From a bacterium (GTDB lineage: Bacteria; Sysuimicrobiota; Sysuimicrobiia; Sysuimicrobiales; Humicultoraceae): a stretch of DNA of 32,887 bases. The stretch spans positions 1 to 32,887 of the forward strand of contig JBOGSD010000015.1 in the NCBI GenBank assembly GCA_050695215.1, written 5' to 3'. The position numbers were made by a program, and so were the translations under genes. Positions 24,196 to 32,270 of this stretch are shown piece by piece; position 1 is the stretch's first letter; each line of letters starts with the position of its first letter. Under the pieces are notes generated by a model that was given only the letters and a program-made list of their open reading frames with translations, had not been told where the DNA came from and ran no database searches.

Positions 24196-25136
24196 CTCAG
24201 CTGCGGCAGGACCTCGCCGGCGATCAAACGCAGCATCTCGCGTTCTCGCCCGTAGGGGAAGAGAAACATCACCTGGGAGACCCCCAGCGCCTGGTAAGCC
24301 GCCAGGCGCTCGCGCACCTGTGCGGGTGTCCCCACGATGGCTTCGCCCATCCGCTCGGCTTTTTCTTGCGGCGAGCCGGCCCAGCGGGCCATGACCTCGG
24401 CGGCGACGGCGTCCACGGCCGCCCGGGTCGCCCCGACGATCGCGTAGGATCCGTGGGTCTTGCGGATGGCGTCGTACGAGCGGCCCTCGCGGGCGCACGC
24501 CTCCCGCAGGCGGTTTAGCGCCTCGCCGTAACGGGCCGGGGAGAGAAACCAGCCGCGGACATTCACCGCGTCGGCGTAGCGGGCCACCACACGGAGCATC
24601 CGGTCGCCAAAGGCGCCGATGAGGATGGGCGGATGCGGCTGCTGCAGCGGTTTGGGGGCGCAGAGCGCATCGACGACGGAATAGTGCCGGCCGCGATAGG
24701 TGGCGCGCTCGGTGGTCCACATGGCGCGGACGATCTCGAGGGTGTCCACGAGTTGGCCCACCCGCACGCCGGCGGGAGGGAAGGGCATCCCATAGGCCTT
24801 GTACTCCACTTCCTTCCAGCCGGCCCCGACGCCGAACTCGAGCCGCCCTCCGCTCATCACGTCCACTCCGGCGGCTATTTTCGCGAGGAGGGCGGGTGAG
24901 CGGTAGGACTGACAGGTGACCAGCGTCCCCAACCGCAGGCGGGAGGTGGCCTGCGACAGGGCGGCCAGCAGCGTCCACGCTTCGAGGCAGCCGGTCTGCG
25001 GCTCCTCGGGACGGAGAAAGAAGTGGTCGGAGGTCCAGAAATGCGAGAAGCCCAGCGCCTCCGCCTCCCGCGCGATGCCGGCGATCTCCTCGTAGGAGTA
25101 GCCGAACTGCGGCTCGATCTGGATGCCCGCGTCCAT
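24192..25136 (-). CDS. LLM-class F420-dependent oxidoreductase (second paralogue)
   Basis: MDAGIQIEPQFGYSYEEIAGIAREAEALGFSHFWTSDHF. The TIM-barrel luciferase-like fold is recognisable throughout. Confidence 0.8.
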   Translation of the reverse strand: MDAGIQIEPQFGYSYEEIAGIAREAEALGFSHFWTSDHFFLRPEEPQTGCLEAWTLLAALSQATSRLRLGTLVTCQSYRSPALLAKIAAGVDVMSGGRLEFGVGAGWKEVEYKAYGMPFPPAGVRVGQLVDTLEIVRAMWTTERATYRGRHYSVVDALCAPKPLQQPHPPILIGAFGDRMLRVVARYADAVNVRGWFLSPARYGEALNRLREACAREGRSYDAIRKTHGSYAIVGATRAAVDAVAAEVMARWAGSPQEKAERMGEAIVGTPAQVRERLAAYQALGVSQVMFLFPYGREREMLRLIAGEVLPQLS

Positions 25137-25164
25137 GGCGAGCCCGGTCTCCGCCGGCCGGCCG

Positions 25165-26862
25165 CTACAGGAGGGCGCCGCCGGGCCGTTGCAGCAGCGC
25201 CTGCCGGGCCAGCGGGAGGGGCGGGGCGCCGAGGGAGATCAGCGCGTCGTGGAAGCCGCGCAGCGTGAAGCGGTCCCCCTGCTCGGCCTTCACGTCGGCC
25301 CGCAGTTTGCGCACCATCAGTTTCCCCAGCGTGTAGTTGAGGTAGCCGGGGTCGAAAGTGCCGCGCACCGCCTCCTTGCGCGCGGGGAGTTCTTCCATGA
25401 ACGCGTGCTCGCGGAACATCCGCGTCGCCTGATCGACCGTCATCGCTCCCCGGTGCATCTGGATGGCGGCGAGATACCGGACGTTGCGCACCAGCGCCTC
25501 CGCCAGCTGCGCCAGGCGGAACTTCGGCGACGGGTCGACGCCCTCGTCCAGCATCATTTCCTCCGTGTAGTGGGCCCACCCTTCGATGAAGGAATAGGAC
25601 GTGAAGATCCGCGCGGCCGCCGAGGGGGCGTTCTTCACCTGCAGGAAGTGGACGTAGTGGCCGGGGTAGGCCTCGTGGATGCTGACGGCCTTCAGCGTGT
25701 AGTGGTCGAACTTGGTCAGCCATTCCTCCTGCTGCTCCGGCGGCCAGTGCGTTTCGGGCGGTGTGACGTAGTAGAACGATTCGGTGGCCGTCTCCTCGAA
25801 GGGCCCCGCCGTGTCCATCATCGCGAAGGCCCAGCGGGCGAAGGGCGGGGTTTCCTCGACGGCCGGCCGCACTTCGCTGGGAATCGTGACCAGATCGCGC
25901 TCGATCAGGAACTCGCGGAGCCCCTCCAGGAGTTTCCTGGTGCTGTCCAGCAGTTCCGCGGCGGAGGGGTGCTCTTTGCCCATCTCGCGCATCACCTCGA
26001 TGGGGGTGCGGTGGCGGTCGATCGTGCCCACCGCCTCCGCCAGCGCCTGGCTGTTGCGCGCCAGTTCCTCTTCGCCGATCTTGACCAGGCGGTCCAGCGG
26101 CACGTCCACGAGTTCTCCGCTGGCCAGCATCTGGCCGTAGAGGCGTTCGCCGATGGCGAAGTCGTCCGTGGCGCGCGGGGCGGCCTCGTCGCTCAGCCAG
26201 GTGACGAACTCGCGCACGGCCTCGACGGCGGTGCTGTTGCTGCGGAGGAAGGAGTCAAAGAGCGCCCGGTCGGCCAGCCCGTTCAGCGCCGCCGGGAGGT
26301 TCTCCTCGTAGAAGCGCGCGTATCCCGTGTAGACCTCCAGGGCGGTCTCGACGAAGGGGCGCGGGATCGGCTGCTCGTTCAGATGCTGCCGCGCCTGGGC
26401 CAAGACCCCGGCTACCCCATCCAGGTGGGCGGTCAGGGCGTGCACGCGCTCGGGCAGGGGCGCATAGTTGCGCTTGATGTACTGGGTGACGTCGAGGAGG
26501 TAGTTGTAGGCCAGGGGATTCCTCTGGTAGTCGCGCAGGCCGGTCCAATCGAACAACTCATTCTTGGCGGACCGCTCCACCAGGGCCAGGTCGAGGCGGT
26601 CTTGCGCCGAGAGGGGGGCGCGGTCGATCGACCCCGCCCGGCGCCCAAACTCGCCCAGGGCCCGGACGCGCGCGTCGATGGCCCCGGCGGAGTAGTCAGC
26701 CACCTGCCCGTCGTACTCGTGCAGGCCCAGCCAGGAGCCGTAGGGGGGATAGGTGGTCAGAAAGGCGTCAATGTATTCTTGGAGGAATCGCTGAATCTCG
26801 GTGGACACATAGACCTCCGGTGGGGGAACGTCCTCCGACACCTTCCGCGGGCCGGATGCCAT
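25165..26862 (-). CDS. DUF885 family putative metallopeptidase
   Basis: 565 aa. HEAYPGHYVHF carries the HExxGH motif that is characteristic of DUF885. Confidence 0.75.
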   Translation of the reverse strand: MASGPRKVSEDVPPPEVYVSTEIQRFLQEYIDAFLTTYPPYGSWLGLHEYDGQVADYSAGAIDARVRALGEFGRRAGSIDRAPLSAQDRLDLALVERSAKNELFDWTGLRDYQRNPLAYNYLLDVTQYIKRNYAPLPERVHALTAHLDGVAGVLAQARQHLNEQPIPRPFVETALEVYTGYARFYEENLPAALNGLADRALFDSFLRSNSTAVEAVREFVTWLSDEAAPRATDDFAIGERLYGQMLASGELVDVPLDRLVKIGEEELARNSQALAEAVGTIDRHRTPIEVMREMGKEHPSAAELLDSTRKLLEGLREFLIERDLVTIPSEVRPAVEETPPFARWAFAMMDTAGPFEETATESFYYVTPPETHWPPEQQEEWLTKFDHYTLKAVSIHEAYPGHYVHFLQVKNAPSAAARIFTSYSFIEGWAHYTEEMMLDEGVDPSPKFRLAQLAEALVRNVRYLAAIQMHRGAMTVDQATRMFREHAFMEELPARKEAVRGTFDPGYLNYTLGKLMVRKLRADVKAEQGDRFTLRGFHDALISLGAPPLPLARQALLQRPGGALL

Positions 26863-26883
26863 CTCCTCTGCGGCCGACGGCGT

Positions 26884-26913
26884 TTGACCCTCGCCGAAAC
26901 AGCATGGTAGCGT
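26884..26913 (+). promoter_or_regulatory. Candidate promoter for tRNA-Pro
   Basis: TTGACC at 26884-26889, an 18-nt spacer ending in TGG, and TAGCGT at 26908-26913 (TAnnnT). The predicted transcription start falls 2-3 nt before the tRNA 5' end. Confidence 0.25.
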
Positions 26914-26922
26914 GAGGAGAGA

Positions 26923-26999
26923 CGGGGCGTAGCGCAGTATGGTAGCGCGCCTGGTTTGGGACCAGGAGGTCGGCGGTTCGAATCCGCCCGCCCCGACCA
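26923..26999 (+). tRNA. tRNA-Pro (anticodon TGG), encoded CCA
   Basis: Hand-folded cloverleaf. Acceptor CGGGGCG/CGCCCCG, D arm GCGC-AGTATGGTA-GCGC, anticodon arm CCTGG-TTTGGGA-CCAGG, T arm GGCGG-TTCGAAT-CCGCC, discriminator A. Confidence 0.9.
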
Positions 27000-27030
27000 G
27001 TTGGCCTTCTTTAGCGATGGGGCGTGAGCG

Positions 27031-27056
27031 GCCGGCTCTGCTCGGGCTGAGCCGGC
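27031..27056 (+). terminator. Hairpin downstream of tRNA-Pro (GCCGGCTC-N10-GAGCCGGC)
   Basis: Perfect 8-bp inverted repeat read in the sequence, followed by GCTTGCGTTGTGG, which is only a weak U-tract. Confidence 0.3.
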
Positions 27057-27065
27057 GCTTGCGTT

Positions 27066-27524
27066 GTGGGGCGAAAGGGTGCGGTGCGTCGCTTCTGGAA
27101 CCGGCTTGATCGAGCGATGATTTCCCTCATGCAGGCGCAGGGCGTGCGCCTCCTGCGCATGGCGCTGGGCGTGGTGTTCGTGTGGTTTGGGGCGTTGAAG
27201 GTAGCGGGGATCAGCCCCGTGGCCGACATGGTCTCCCAGACGGTGTACTGGGTCCGCCCGGAGGTCCTGGTGCCGCTCCTCGGCGTCTGGGAAGTGGCCG
27301 TCGGCCTGGGTCTGCTTTTTGGGGTGGCGCTCCGGCTCGTCCTCTTGCTCTTCTGGCTGCAAATGGCCGGCACGTTTCTGGTCCTGCCGCTGCGTCCGGA
27401 ATTGGCCTTCCAGTCTGGCAACCCTCTACGCTTGACGGCCACGGGTGAGTTTGTCGTGAAGAATCTGGTCCTCATCGCGGCGGGTCTCGTCGTGGGGAGT
27501 ACGGTCTCGAAGCCGAGAGACTGA
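27066..27524 (+). CDS. DUF417/DoxX-like small polytopic membrane protein
   Basis: LLRMALGVVFVWFGALKV motif with 4 TM segments. GTG at 27066 or ATG at 27117. Confidence 0.6.
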   Translation: MGRKGAVRRFWNRLDRAMISLMQAQGVRLLRMALGVVFVWFGALKVAGISPVADMVSQTVYWVRPEVLVPLLGVWEVAVGLGLLFGVALRLVLLLFWLQMAGTFLVLPLRPELAFQSGNPLRLTATGEFVVKNLVLIAAGLVVGSTVSKPRD

Positions 27525-27539
27525 CGGAGCAGACCAACC

Positions 27540-28088
27540 ATGGAGAAGAGACTTCTGCACGTTCAGCCCCTTCCGGGATTCGACCCCCAGATCGGGACAT
27601 GGCTATGGGCCATGCAGCAGGTGCGGCGGCGGACACTCCGGCTGGTCGACGGGCTGGATCAGCGGGTGCTGGACTGGGAGGGTCTCGATGAGCGTGAGAA
27701 CGCCATCGGGACGCTCCTCTACCACATTGCGGACGGCGAGATGGGGTGGCTCTTTGGGGACCTTCTGCTGCAGCCCCACTTCCCAGAGCGCGTGAAGCCA
27801 GACTTTCCCTATCCTCCGCGCGGTCCTGATAAGCGACTGACCCCTGTGCTCGGAGAGCCGTTGGAGTCACATCTCGGCCGTCTCGCCCGCAGCCGGAAGG
27901 TGTTCCTGGAGACATTCAAGGAGATCCCGGCGGAGGAGTGGCGGCGTCTCCGGCATCCCGAGGGCGAGGATTACGCTGTGACGCCCGAGTGGGCGGTTTT
28001 CCATCTCATCGAGCATGAGGCCGGCCACGCCTTCCAGATCAGTTCGCTGAAAGCCAGAGCCGGCAGGCACTTCGGCCCCCGGGTCTAA
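27540..28088 (+). CDS. DinB/YfiT-like (DUF664) four-helix-bundle metalloprotein
   Basis: LLYHIADGEMGWL ... HLIEHEAGHAFQI places the conserved His residues as in the DinB_2 family. Confidence 0.75.
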   Translation: MEKRLLHVQPLPGFDPQIGTWLWAMQQVRRRTLRLVDGLDQRVLDWEGLDERENAIGTLLYHIADGEMGWLFGDLLLQPHFPERVKPDFPYPPRGPDKRLTPVLGEPLESHLGRLARSRKVFLETFKEIPAEEWRRLRHPEGEDYAVTPEWAVFHLIEHEAGHAFQISSLKARAGRHFGPRV

Positions 28089-28198
28089 CGCGTCCAAATG
28101 GACCATCCCGGAGGCGTCGTCTGAGAGCGTCTGCGCGTCGTGACCTGGTCGCGGGGGCGGCCGCCGGTCTAATCGGCGGGGTCGTCTTCAGTTGGGCG

Positions 28199-29932
28199 AT
28201 GGCCGCGCAGGGGTTGCGCGCCTCGGTGGCGGGACTGGCGGGCCTGCCGCAGGGTCCGGCCGGTCCGATCCCCGACCTGGCAGCGGCAGTGGTCATCGGC
28301 GCCGGGTTCGGACTGCTTTTTCGGTATCAGCCTCTCGCCTATGCTGCGACGATCAGCAGCGGCGTGCTCTACGGGCTGCTCTGGTGGATCGTGGGTCCGC
28401 TCACGCTCGCGCCGCTCTTGGCGGGGCGCGGGCCGACCTGGGCGCTGGCGGAGGCGGGTGCGGCCCAGCCCAGTCTCGTCGGACACATCATCTTTGGGGC
28501 GCTCATCGGCCTGACGTTCTACGTCATCGTGACGGCCTATCTGCGGAGGCGTCCCGAGCCCGCGCCCCTCGCCGTGGCGTCCCCCCCCAGCACGCGGATT
28601 GTGATTCTGGGAGGGGGCTTCGGAGGCGTGAGCGCGGCGCAGCGCCTCGAGCACCTCCTCTCCCGGCGGCCGGCGGTGAGCCTCGCCCTGGTCAGCCACA
28701 GCAATTACCTCTTGTTCACGCCGATGCTGGCCGAAGTCGCCGGCAGCGGCCTGGAGGCGCAGCACATCAGCGCGCCGGTGCGCGCGGCGCTGCCGCACAC
28801 GCGGTTCCTCCGCGGCACGGTCGAGGCCATCGACGCCGCCGCTCGCACGGTGACCGTGCGCGAGAGCGCCTCGGGCGCCGCCGAAGTGCTGCGCTATGAC
28901 CATCTCATCCTCGCCCTCGGTGCGGTCCCGAATTTCTACGGATTGGGCGGGATGGCCGAGCACGCGTTCACCCTGAAGACGCTCGACGACGCCACACGCC
29001 TGCGCAACCATGTCATTGCGCTGCTGGAAGCCGCCGACGTCGAGCCGGACGCGTCTCGCCGGCGCGCCATGCTGACCTTCGTGGTGGCCGGCGGGGGCTT
29101 CGCCGGGACGGAGATGATCGCCGAACTCTTCGATCTGGTGCACGGCGTGCTGCGCTACTATCCCCACGTCGAGCCGGAGGAGACCCGTTTCGTCCTCGTG
29201 CACTCCGGCGGACGCATTCTGCCGGAGATCAGCCCGGCGCTGGCCGACTATGCGCAGCGGCGGCTGGCCGCGCGGGGGATTGAGTTCTTCCTGAACACCC
29301 GGGTCGGCGGGGCCGTGGCGGATGCGGTGCGCCTGGCCGGCGCCGGAGAGCTGGCCACGCGCACCCTCGTCTGGACGGCGGGGAACCAACCCCATCCGCT
29401 CCTGGCCACGCTGCCCTGCGACCGCAACCGCTCTGGGGCCGTCATCGCCGATGAGACGCTGCGGGTGGGCGGGCTTGACGGCGTGTGGGCGGTGGGGGAT
29501 TGCGCCGAAATCCCGGATCTCAACAACGCCGGGAGGCCGTGTCCGCCGACCGCCCAGCATGCGCTGCGAGAGGGGCAGGTCGCCGCGGAGAATATCGTCG
29601 CCGCGCTGCGGGGAGCGCCGCCGCGGGCGTTTCGCTTCCGGACCATCGGCACGCTGGTGGCGTTGGGCCACCGCACCGCGGTCGCGGAAATTCGCGGCTG
29701 GAAGTTCTCTGGCTTCCTGGCCTGGGTGATGTGGCGGACGGTCTATCTGAGCAAACTGCCGGGGTTGGAGAAGAAGGTGCGGGTGGCGCTGGACTGGACG
29801 ATTGACCTGTTCTTCCCGCGAGACATCGTCCTCACCGGTTCCATTCCAACCCCCACGCTCGCCCAGACGTTGGGGACCCGGCCCGACCCTGCTCTTCCAG
29901 TGGGCGGCCGGGGCCAGGAGGCGGGCTCATGA
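28199..29932 (+). CDS. ndh: Type II NADH:quinone oxidoreductase (NDH-2) with an N-terminal ~110-aa two-helix membrane module
   Basis: Two Rossmann GxGxxG motifs (IVILGGGFGGV, FVVAGGGFAGTE) and a C-terminal amphipathic membrane anchor. The N-terminal extension VVIGAGFGLLF...YGLLWWIVGPLTLAPLLAG is the same repeat unit found three times in the next gene. The start may lie upstream of the ATG (see findings). Confidence 0.8.
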   Translation: MAAQGLRASVAGLAGLPQGPAGPIPDLAAAVVIGAGFGLLFRYQPLAYAATISSGVLYGLLWWIVGPLTLAPLLAGRGPTWALAEAGAAQPSLVGHIIFGALIGLTFYVIVTAYLRRRPEPAPLAVASPPSTRIVILGGGFGGVSAAQRLEHLLSRRPAVSLALVSHSNYLLFTPMLAEVAGSGLEAQHISAPVRAALPHTRFLRGTVEAIDAAARTVTVRESASGAAEVLRYDHLILALGAVPNFYGLGGMAEHAFTLKTLDDATRLRNHVIALLEAADVEPDASRRRAMLTFVVAGGGFAGTEMIAELFDLVHGVLRYYPHVEPEETRFVLVHSGGRILPEISPALADYAQRRLAARGIEFFLNTRVGGAVADAVRLAGAGELATRTLVWTAGNQPHPLLATLPCDRNRSGAVIADETLRVGGLDGVWAVGDCAEIPDLNNAGRPCPPTAQHALREGQVAAENIVAALRGAPPRAFRFRTIGTLVALGHRTAVAEIRGWKFSGFLAWVMWRTVYLSKLPGLEKKVRVALDWTIDLFFPRDIVLTGSIPTPTLAQTLGTRPDPALPVGGRGQEAGS

Positions 29933-31362
29933 GGAGCGATCTCTGGCGGCGCGGGATCTGGCCCGGGGCGCTCGCGGGGCTCATCGGCGGCGGCATCTCT
30001 GCGGCGGTGCTCTCGCGATGGGCGGCGCTGCCGCCGACGGCGTCGCTCGTGCGCGCCGATGCCGCCGTGGCGGGCTTCCTGCTCCATCTGGCCTTCGGCA
30101 TCATCCTGGGCGCGGGGTTCGGGCTGCTGGTCTGGCACCAGCGCCCCGGCGCGGGGGAAACGCTCTTCTGGGGATTGGCCTGGGGCGCGCTGTGGTGGTT
30201 CCTCGGACCGCTCACGTCGCTCTCGCTGCTGCTGCTCGGCTTTCTCGCCTGGGATCTCCATTCAGCGCAGGAAGCCTTCCCCAGTTTTCTCGGGTATCTG
30301 CTCTACGGCGGCATCACCGGGCTCACCCTGGCGGTGATCCGCCGCGATCGGACTAAGGCCGTGGGTCGGCGCGGAGGCGCGCTGCTCCGCGGTGGAGCGG
30401 CGGGCTTCGCCGGAGGGGCGCTGCTGGCGTGGCTGCTGGGTGTGCAGGGTTTGCTGGACGCGTTTCCAGTCATGGCGGCCGGCCGGGGTTCGGCCTGGTT
30501 GCCGCTCCTGCTGAACGGCGCGCTGGCCGGCGTCCTCTATGCGCTGCTGTATCCGCGGGCCCCTGAAGGGACCGGTCCGGGATTGATCCGGGGGATGATC
30601 TACGGCTACGCCTGGTGGGTGGTCGCCTCACTTCTCCCCACGGCGACTGGAGGCGAGAGGCCCCTGGGCCCCGCCGCGGGCGACTTCTCCATGCTGCCAG
30701 GCTACCTGCTCTTTGGCGCCGCGACCGCGCTGTTCTACGCCTGGCTCGATGGCCTCGGGCGTCTGCTTTTCTCCGACATGGTGCCGGGGCGCGACGCCGA
30801 AGGTATCGGCACGGAAGGGCTGCGGGCGCTGGGCCGAGGCGCCGTCGCCGGCCTGATCGGGGGAACGTTCTTCGCCCTGATCATCGTCCAGATCGGCGGC
30901 CTCTCGGCGATGGACCGCCTGATCGGCTCTACCTCCGTGTGGGGATTGATCGCGCAGGTGCTGCTAGCGCAGGTGATCGGGATCAGCTACGGGGTGCTCT
31001 TCCGCCGTCAGAGTTACGACGTCGGGTCGGGTCTGGGGTGGGGAATCTCCTACGGCTTCTTCTGGTGGGTGCTAGGGCCCCTGACGCTGACGCCACTCTT
31101 CCTGGGGTCGGCGCCGCGGTGGAGGGTGGAGGCGGCCGCCGAACTCTTCCCGTATCTGATCGGACACCTCGCCTTCGGCGCCGCGCTCGGTGTGACGTTC
31201 CACCTGCTCGAGGCGCGACACAATCCCTGGTGGATTCCCCGCTCGACAGCCGAAGCGGCGCGGGTGGCCCTGCGGCGAGAACGCGTCCTGACGTCGGCGC
31301 CCGCGCTGTGGGCGATTGTGGCGGTCATTGCGCTCACCCTGCCGGTACTATTGGCGCGCTGA
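29929..31362 (+). CDS. Uncharacterised polytopic membrane protein built from three tandem ~125-aa repeats (AGLIGG ... YGxxWWxLGPLTLxPLxLG ... FPxxLGxLxxG)
   Basis: ATG overlaps the ndh stop (ATGA). The three repeats are visible by eye in the translation (residues ~12-139, ~155-275, ~293-420). No family recognised. Confidence 0.7.
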   Translation: MRSDLWRRGIWPGALAGLIGGGISAAVLSRWAALPPTASLVRADAAVAGFLLHLAFGIILGAGFGLLVWHQRPGAGETLFWGLAWGALWWFLGPLTSLSLLLLGFLAWDLHSAQEAFPSFLGYLLYGGITGLTLAVIRRDRTKAVGRRGGALLRGGAAGFAGGALLAWLLGVQGLLDAFPVMAAGRGSAWLPLLLNGALAGVLYALLYPRAPEGTGPGLIRGMIYGYAWWVVASLLPTATGGERPLGPAAGDFSMLPGYLLFGAATALFYAWLDGLGRLLFSDMVPGRDAEGIGTEGLRALGRGAVAGLIGGTFFALIIVQIGGLSAMDRLIGSTSVWGLIAQVLLAQVIGISYGVLFRRQSYDVGSGLGWGISYGFFWWVLGPLTLTPLFLGSAPRWRVEAAAELFPYLIGHLAFGAALGVTFHLLEARHNPWWIPRSTAEAARVALRRERVLTSAPALWAIVAVIALTLPVLLAR

Positions 31363-31409
31363 CCAGACGCTCGTGCTGCTCCCACTCTGGGGTCAGTAGT
31401 TCAAAACGT

Positions 31410-32240
31410 CTACCCTTCTACAAAGGCGACGAAACGCGCGAAGGCCGCTTCGCCACCTTTGAACCGGAAGGGGAAGCAGCCGATCCAAATCTTCTGATCC
31501 AGCACCTTGTCGATCTCGCCCCCCACGTTCTCCACGTGGTAAATGCCCTTGGGAAAGAGCATCGTGTGCGTCGCCTGGTAATCGCGCGGCCAAGGGAAGG
31601 CTTCTTCCAGCGGCATCCCGATCTTCTTCTCCACGTCGGGGACCAGGTCGGGGCGGGCCCGCCGCACGTTCGTATTAAAGGGATGATCCGTGGAGATGGC
31701 GTCCACAGCCAGCCAGCGGATGCCCCGGTCGAGAACCCAGGTACAGAACTCCGCGCGCGGGCCGGGGTGGCGGAGGAAGGAGCGGGGAAGATTGGGGCCG
31801 GCGTCCTGGTGGCGCTCCCGCGTGGCCGGCGACCAATCCTCGTTGTAGTAGGCATGATAGCCGGTGTGGATGACCAGGATATCGCCCCGATCGATCGTGA
31901 TGCGGTGCTTGCGTTCCCACTCCTCAAAGTGTTCGGGTCCGTAGATGTCGTAGTCGCCGATGCCGAACTGCTGTAGGTCGACGATGCAGGCCGGGCCGAC
32001 GAGTTGGGCGATCGGGATGCCGGAGACGTCCGGCCCCGGGTCGTGGAAGTGCAGCGGGCTGTCCAGGTGGGTGGCGATGTGGTTCGTCGACGAGATCAGC
32101 TGGGCGTTGACGCCCTCGAAGGCCAGCTTCTTCACCCACTTGATCGTGGGCCCCTCGTAATACGCGAAGGGCGGCGAGTCCGCGCTGAAGTTCTGGGAGA
32201 GGTCCAGCACCTGCATCCGGCTGAGATCGGCGGCCTTCAT
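31410..32240 (-). CDS. Putative cyclase family protein (PF04199; kynurenine formamidase-like)
   Basis: HIATHLDSPLHF matches the HxGTHxDxPxH metal-binding motif of the family. 276 aa. Confidence 0.75.
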   Translation of the reverse strand: MKAADLSRMQVLDLSQNFSADSPPFAYYEGPTIKWVKKLAFEGVNAQLISSTNHIATHLDSPLHFHDPGPDVSGIPIAQLVGPACIVDLQQFGIGDYDIYGPEHFEEWERKHRITIDRGDILVIHTGYHAYYNEDWSPATRERHQDAGPNLPRSFLRHPGPRAEFCTWVLDRGIRWLAVDAISTDHPFNTNVRRARPDLVPDVEKKIGMPLEEAFPWPRDYQATHTMLFPKGIYHVENVGGEIDKVLDQKIWIGCFPFRFKGGEAAFARFVAFVEG

Positions 32241-32270
32241 CGTTCCCCCGTCACCTCCCGAAGGTGTGCC

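Noticed and set aside
23575-24978. 467-aa minus-strand ORF
   Set aside because: Overlaps the LLM gene in another frame and is antisense to the 191-aa ORF. Arg/Gly/Pro-rich junk composition. The plus-strand 23620..24195 ORF has a TM helix and balanced composition.
25123-26910. 595-aa plus-strand ORF
   Set aside because: Antisense to the DUF885 gene (HExxGH motif on the minus strand). Low-complexity.
26923-26999. tRNA-Pro as attB of an integrated mobile element
   Set aside because: No integrase, no recognisable duplicate of the tRNA 3' end and no GC shift were seen downstream. It is kept only as a low-interest note.
28169-29671. 500-aa minus-strand ORF
   Set aside because: Antisense to NDH-2, which has two clear Rossmann motifs.
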